A DNA stretch of 11,080 nt, from contig JBHLLF010000072.1 of assembly GCA_048885865.1 (NCBI GenBank), positions 1 through 11,080 on the forward strand. The letters are read 5' to 3'. The position numbers and the translations under genes were made by a program. The DNA comes from Candidatus Hermodarchaeota archaeon. GTDB taxonomy: Archaea > Asgardarchaeota > Thorarchaeia > Thorarchaeales > Thorarchaeaceae. The stretch's first letter is position 1; each line of letters begins with the position of its first letter. Under the pieces are notes generated by a model. The model worked only from the letters and a program-made list of their open reading frames with translations. It searched no databases and had not been told where the DNA came from. This document shows positions 7,313-11,080 of this stretch, piece after piece.

Positions 7313-9163
7313 CTAAAGCAGAAACGTGAGCAACAATGCAATCAGAAATGATGCTGCGCCAGCCCGGATTCCGACTTTTTTCGCAATCCCTGCAGCTTCG
7401 GCAATGTCCTGAGTCAGAATATCGAACCCTCTTTCACCGAATGTGCAAAGATCTTTGACTTCGCCAAATCCAAGACCTATCTTGACAGGAGTGACCTTCT
7501 CACGTGCCTTGTTTGCTGCAATGATGATTGCTTCCATAATCTCCTCAGGCTTATTCTGTCCGATCGGGGGATACCCTCGACTAGAGAGGGATATCGCATT
7601 AACTACGTGGGTGTCTGTAGTCAGAACCTCAGCATCATCAAATCCTTGTGTCTTCAGGATACGAATAGCCTCTTCTCGAAAGCCTGGTTCCATGTTGTTG
7701 CCATCAAGAGAAAGGAGGGCGAATTCACGCTCTGTCCCATTCAGGACAAGAGCCGTCACACCACCGGGTCCCATTCCCTCATCCGGACTTACATCTCGGG
7801 GAATCACTCGATAGATGCCAGCTGATACCCTCTTTCTTGGATTCTTGATTGTAGAGAAAACGGCACTCGAAACAGCACCGACGTATTCTCCAGCCTCCGA
7901 ATCTCCTGGCATCACAGAGACTGCTTCTCCGTCGATGCAGTTGTGGGCATCAACAATGGATACTCTCTGTATCTCAGGCATCCGTTTTCTAACCATTTCT
8001 GCCGCAGCACGTCCCACATCTAGTGATATGTCATCAGTAAACTCAGGTGCGCTGGTACTGATTGTAAGAACATCATTTCCTGTGAAAAGAGTCCAGACCT
8101 TGAACTTCCCAAGATCTGACCAATTAGGTCCAGAGATGGTGTCATGGACTTGTGTTTCTTCTATCAGTCGGTCAATTTCCTCCATTATGACTGGAAAATC
8201 CATTTTCGAAGTGAGATTCTGCTGATGGGTACAACTCCCATGCATGATAAATGCAGGTACTCCATGTTTTAGTTCAATGTGGTCAATAATCGCTGAGGGA
8301 AGACCACTACTTCCAATCTGTCGAAATGGTCCCGGGTGGACATACTCAACTACTCCTACTGCAACAAGACCATCATCATTCTTGATTACGAGAATCTCTA
8401 TCGGAATATCTTGCTTCTCTCCAATCTCAGACAGGGTTCTTTCCATCGGTTCTGAGTTGTCTGTGAGATAGTCATACCCAAACGCCCGAAGAAGCTCCGG
8501 CCCATCGATGCCAAGGTCTCTTTCAAATGGAACGCTTACCGCCCTGAAGATATAGTTGACGGCAAATGATAACACTAGAAACATAATAATTCCTGCAACT
8601 GGCCACCAAGTAGGGAGGACAAAGATTGCTCCTCCGTATCCTCCCAATGCAAAGACAATAAGATACCATAGGATAGGTATCATCATCGCTGCTGTGAAGT
8701 TACGGATTGGATGATGATCACTCAGTCCAGTAACCAGGAATGCAAACAGCATGTATGCTGCTCCAAGTCCTAATATCCAGAACCGCACCTCATAATACTC
8801 ATTACTAGTCAAGAAGCTGAGAATGCTGCCAATCACTCCGAAAGACACCCAGAAGAAGATGCCAAATTGGACAGAACCTGCCGTCCTTCTGGCATCAAGA
8901 GGTGAACCTTCCTTCCTGACAATTATGAAAAGAAGTCCTGTACCTGCAAAAGCGGGAATCGCAAGGATAAGATTGGATAGAAGAAATGTGGCGACAGCAT
9001 CGCTCCCAGACGAATAAGCAATTCTGAAAATTGCAGATACATTGGAACCAATCAATACTGCCAGGAGAATTCTTGTGATGATTCCTCGATAGGTCGGAAG
9101 CTGCCAGACCCTAGAGTAGAGTCTTACTGTTTCCTTTACCTTGGCTTTCTCACCCAAAGTCAA
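7313..9163 (-). CDS. DUF2070/COG3356 family archaeal membrane protein (predicted neutral-ceramidase-superfamily lipid hydrolase)
   Basis: About 6 N-terminal TM helices, then HPGPFRQIGSSGLP, HGSCTHQQN, DAHN, DGNN and TTDTH motifs and a C-terminal TM helix. Start probably TTG at 9163 or 9157; the extension to ATG 9259 runs into the padR promoter/operator. Confidence 0.85.
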   Translation of the reverse strand: MTLGEKAKVKETVRLYSRVWQLPTYRGIITRILLAVLIGSNVSAIFRIAYSSGSDAVATFLLSNLILAIPAFAGTGLLFIIVRKEGSPLDARRTAGSVQFGIFFWVSFGVIGSILSFLTSNEYYEVRFWILGLGAAYMLFAFLVTGLSDHHPIRNFTAAMMIPILWYLIVFALGGYGGAIFVLPTWWPVAGIIMFLVLSFAVNYIFRAVSVPFERDLGIDGPELLRAFGYDYLTDNSEPMERTLSEIGEKQDIPIEILVIKNDDGLVAVGVVEYVHPGPFRQIGSSGLPSAIIDHIELKHGVPAFIMHGSCTHQQNLTSKMDFPVIMEEIDRLIEETQVHDTISGPNWSDLGKFKVWTLFTGNDVLTISTSAPEFTDDISLDVGRAAAEMVRKRMPEIQRVSIVDAHNCIDGEAVSVMPGDSEAGEYVGAVSSAVFSTIKNPRKRVSAGIYRVIPRDVSPDEGMGPGGVTALVLNGTEREFALLSLDGNNMEPGFREEAIRILKTQGFDDAEVLTTDTHVVNAISLSSRGYPPIGQNKPEEIMEAIIIAANKAREKVTPVKIGLGFGEVKDLCTFGERGFDILTQDIAEAAGIAKKVGIRAGAASFLIALLLTFLL

Positions 9164-9247
9164 TCCATCCTGTGCCCTAGCACCTCGGTCAATACCTCTC
9201 TTATCAACATTATCGAAGTGACGATGTTTTCCGCCTGAACAACAACC

Positions 9248-9254
9248 TTTATAT
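9248..9254 (+). promoter_or_regulatory. Candidate archaeal TATA box for the padR-ABC exporter operon
   Basis: TTTATAT preceded by A-rich GAACAACAACC (BRE-like position), about 60 nt upstream of the padR TTG, overlapping the first operator box. Confidence 0.55.
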
Positions 9255-9304
9255 CGCATTCGATAATCGCATTCGATATTGAACTATATCATATTCGATA
9301 TTGA
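9252..9304. promoter_or_regulatory. Triple palindromic operator array (consensus TATCG-N4-CGATA), candidate PadR autoregulatory sites
   Basis: Box 1 TATCG-CATT-CGATA (9252-9265), box 2 aATCG-CATT-CGATA (9265-9278), box 3 ATATCa-TATT-CGATAT (9286-9301). Perfect 13-bp tandem ATCGCATTCGATA at 9253-9265 and 9266-9278; ATTCGATATTGA at 9271-9282 and 9293-9304. Confidence 0.7.
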
Positions 9305-9316
9305 GCGTGTGTAATT

Positions 9317-9859
9317 TTGCCAAAGCCTGAAGACAAAGAGCCTGAATGCGAGCCAATGAGGATGCCCCACTCAATACCCAGAGGTCTCTTGAGACATGTA
9401 ATCATCAGACTCCTCCAATCTACAGATATGACAGGATCTGAAATGATGAGAGTTATGAGTGAGCGGACTGGGGAACATTGGAGTCCTAGTCCTGGGTCCA
9501 TCTATCCTCTGCTTTCCCACTTGGAGGAGGAGGGAATCATTGAAGCGGTCAGAACTGAGGGGAGGAGTAAGACCTATTCCCTCACTGAGGAAGGTCGCGC
9601 TCGGTTCAGTGAGGTTCTTCACAAGCGGGGTGATGTGGAGCACAAGGCAAGGCTCAATCGAATGATGCTGTTGCAGCTTTTAGAACCATCAGACCGTGTT
9701 CATTTTCACATCAGCGCGTTCAATCATGCCATAGATCATATTGCTGATACGATTGAAGAAATATCTGCATCAGAGAAACGAAAGATTGGAACACGGCTAA
9801 AGAAGACATCCAAGAAACTGGACTCGCTAATAAAGCGGGTTGAACTAGGTGAAGCATAG
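9317..9859 (+). CDS. PadR-family winged-helix transcriptional regulator
   Basis: GLLRHVIIRLL...MTGSEMM...WSPSPGSIYPLLSHLEEEGII...KTYSLTEEGR signature, plus a helical C-terminal extension. Start could be TTG 9317 or ATG 9356/9362. Confidence 0.92.
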   Translation: MPKPEDKEPECEPMRMPHSIPRGLLRHVIIRLLQSTDMTGSEMMRVMSERTGEHWSPSPGSIYPLLSHLEEEGIIEAVRTEGRSKTYSLTEEGRARFSEVLHKRGDVEHKARLNRMMLLQLLEPSDRVHFHISAFNHAIDHIADTIEEISASEKRKIGTRLKKTSKKLDSLIKRVELGEA

Positions 9860-9860
9860 A

Positions 9861-11080
9861 ATGGCTAACGAAAACAACAATAAGAAGGGCCGTGGTGCCG
9901 CAATGCGATATATGCTGGGAGGTCTCGCCAGACATCCTGGAGCAATAGCATTTGCACTAACATTGACAGTAATCTCGACTTTGCTAGTGACGATACCTAG
10001 CGTCATCATAGGGATGGCTATTGACGAGCTTGAACTCTCAGGTCTCAGTGCTCAGTTTACGTTCCTGGTCTGGATTATTGTCCTTTTTGGCGTCGCCTAT
10101 TTAGCTATGTACTTCATTGTAGGCTACGTCTGGGCAATCGTAACTCTGAGGTGGGAACGCGACGCACGACAGGACTTCTTCGAGGATCTTCAAGATTTCA
10201 GCATGACTTTCCACGATGAAGTGGATAGTAAGCGCTTGCTCTCGGTCGCAATGCAAGACATCACCTGGGTTCGGTTTTCATTGAATCCTGCTTTGCGGAA
10301 TATATTTGGATCTCTCATCTCAATTGCCATTACAGGGATATACCTCGTTCTAGTAGATCAGACTCCTGGTTTGACTGGTCTGGTATCATTATTCGGTTAT
10401 CCGGTTCCTGTCCTCACGTTAATCATGTTGATAGGCACTCCAATCTATCTGGCATTCGCCTACCGCTATGCTAACGCCGTTGAGCCGGTTCGCAGGCAAC
10501 GTGCTGAGGACATGGAGAAGCTCACATCCATCTCACAGGGTGTATTCCAGGGTATTGAAGTAGTCAGAGCATTTGGTTCTGAAGACCGTGAGCAAGAGAA
10601 GTTCCATGACGCGAGTAAGGCATATGAGAAAATGGTTGCTCGAGAAGGTCAATTAGCTGCCTTCTACATTCCTGCATTAGTCTTGACTGGAATGACCACC
10701 CTAGCCTTTGCGTATGTGGGCTTTGCAGTATTGTACGAGGTACTCACCCCTGGCACAATGATTGCAGTGCTTGGCTTACTCCTTTCACTTGAGGGATTGA
10801 ATTTCCATTTGCCATTTATGCTGCTAATGCTGCGTGGTGGTTATGTGAATGCTCAGCGTATTGTAGACATCCTAAACTGGGAGGATCCATTAAAAGAGCC
10901 GTCCGAAGAGGTCAAAGAGGTCGATTGGTTGGGTGACATAGTATTCGACAATGTCACCTTTGGCTACAACACTAACAATGGAAACACTGAGCATTATGCT
11001 CTGAAGAACTTCAGTATCACAATACCTGGTGGGTCCAGAGTTGCTTTGATTGGAGGACCAGGAGGTGGAAAGAGCACCAT
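9861..11080 (+). CDS. ABC exporter, fused TMD+NBD (type IV, MsbA/MdlA-like), 3'-truncated by window edge; absent from the ORF track
   Basis: Manual translation from ATG 9861 (1 nt after the padR stop) is open to the window end: MANENNNKKGRGAAMRYML..., six hydrophobic segments, WERDARQDFFEDLQ, coupling-helix motif GIEVVRAFGSE, GDIVFDNVTFGY and Walker A GGPGGGKST at 11052-11078. Confidence 0.92.
   Translation, partial: MANENNNKKGRGAAMRYMLGGLARHPGAIAFALTLTVISTLLVTIPSVIIGMAIDELELSGLSAQFTFLVWIIVLFGVAYLAMYFIVGYVWAIVTLRWERDARQDFFEDLQDFSMTFHDEVDSKRLLSVAMQDITWVRFSLNPALRNIFGSLISIAITGIYLVLVDQTPGLTGLVSLFGYPVPVLTLIMLIGTPIYLAFAYRYANAVEPVRRQRAEDMEKLTSISQGVFQGIEVVRAFGSEDREQEKFHDASKAYEKMVAREGQLAAFYIPALVLTGMTTLAFAYVGFAVLYEVLTPGTMIAVLGLLLSLEGLNFHLPFMLLMLRGGYVNAQRIVDILNWEDPLKEPSEEVKEVDWLGDIVFDNVTFGYNTNNGNTEHYALKNFSITIPGGSRVALIGGPGGGKST

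Noticed and set aside
7443-9017. Series of antisense ORFs on the + strand (7443-7814, 7607-7825, 7815-8225, 8244-8471, 8823-9017)
   Set aside because: They are Ser/Pro/Ile-rich shadows of the well-supported DUF2070 gene and carry no motifs.
9164-9259. Cys/His-rich N-terminal extension (MRYKGCCSGGKHRH...) of DUF2070
   Set aside because: It overlaps the padR TATA box and operator and is most likely a longest-ORF artefact; TTG at 9163 or 9157 gives a normal-length protein.
9253-9304. Short direct repeats as a mini-CRISPR or mobile-element end
   Set aside because: Units are 12-13 bp with no spacer-sized unique sequence, and no cas or transposase gene is present. A palindromic operator explains them better.
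110-9935. Other short overlapping ORFs (110-325, 2607-2828, 3162-3353, 4205-4414, 4349-4612, 5132-5314, 5636-5929, 6469-6729, 6904-7107, 6954-7169, 9289-9501, 9371-9643, 9459-9665, 9720-9935)
   Set aside because: All lie largely within or antisense to supported CDSs and show no recognisable motifs.

Overview
Gene-dense archaeal-type chromosomal window. The gene families (DUF2070, SAMHD1-like HD protein, PorB, M28 peptidase with acidic DxDxD repeats) suggest an archaeon, possibly Asgard/Thorarchaeia; this is inference, as no marker gene is present. In order: 5'-truncated 2-oxoacid:ferredoxin oxidoreductase beta subunit (+); membrane-anchored M28 peptidase with a Ca-binding repeat stalk (-); three co-directional uncharacterised genes (+); ubiX (-); DUF2070 (-); a divergent promoter with three TATCG-N4-CGATA-type boxes; PadR regulator (+); and a 3'-truncated ABC exporter (+) that the ORF track misses. 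The three uncharacterised genes are the most notable: (i) a full-length SAMHD1/COG1078-like HD protein lacking its catalytic metal ligands but keeping the allosteric guanine-nucleotide residues, (ii) a small internally duplicated 4-TM protein, and (iii) a ~612-633 aa protein of eight strictly phased, alternating Cys3His fingers (4 x 116 aa), followed by a domain resembling the adaptin/coatomer appendage platform and a terminal Cys4 zinc ribbon. No RNA genes, CRISPR arrays or mobile elements were recognised.
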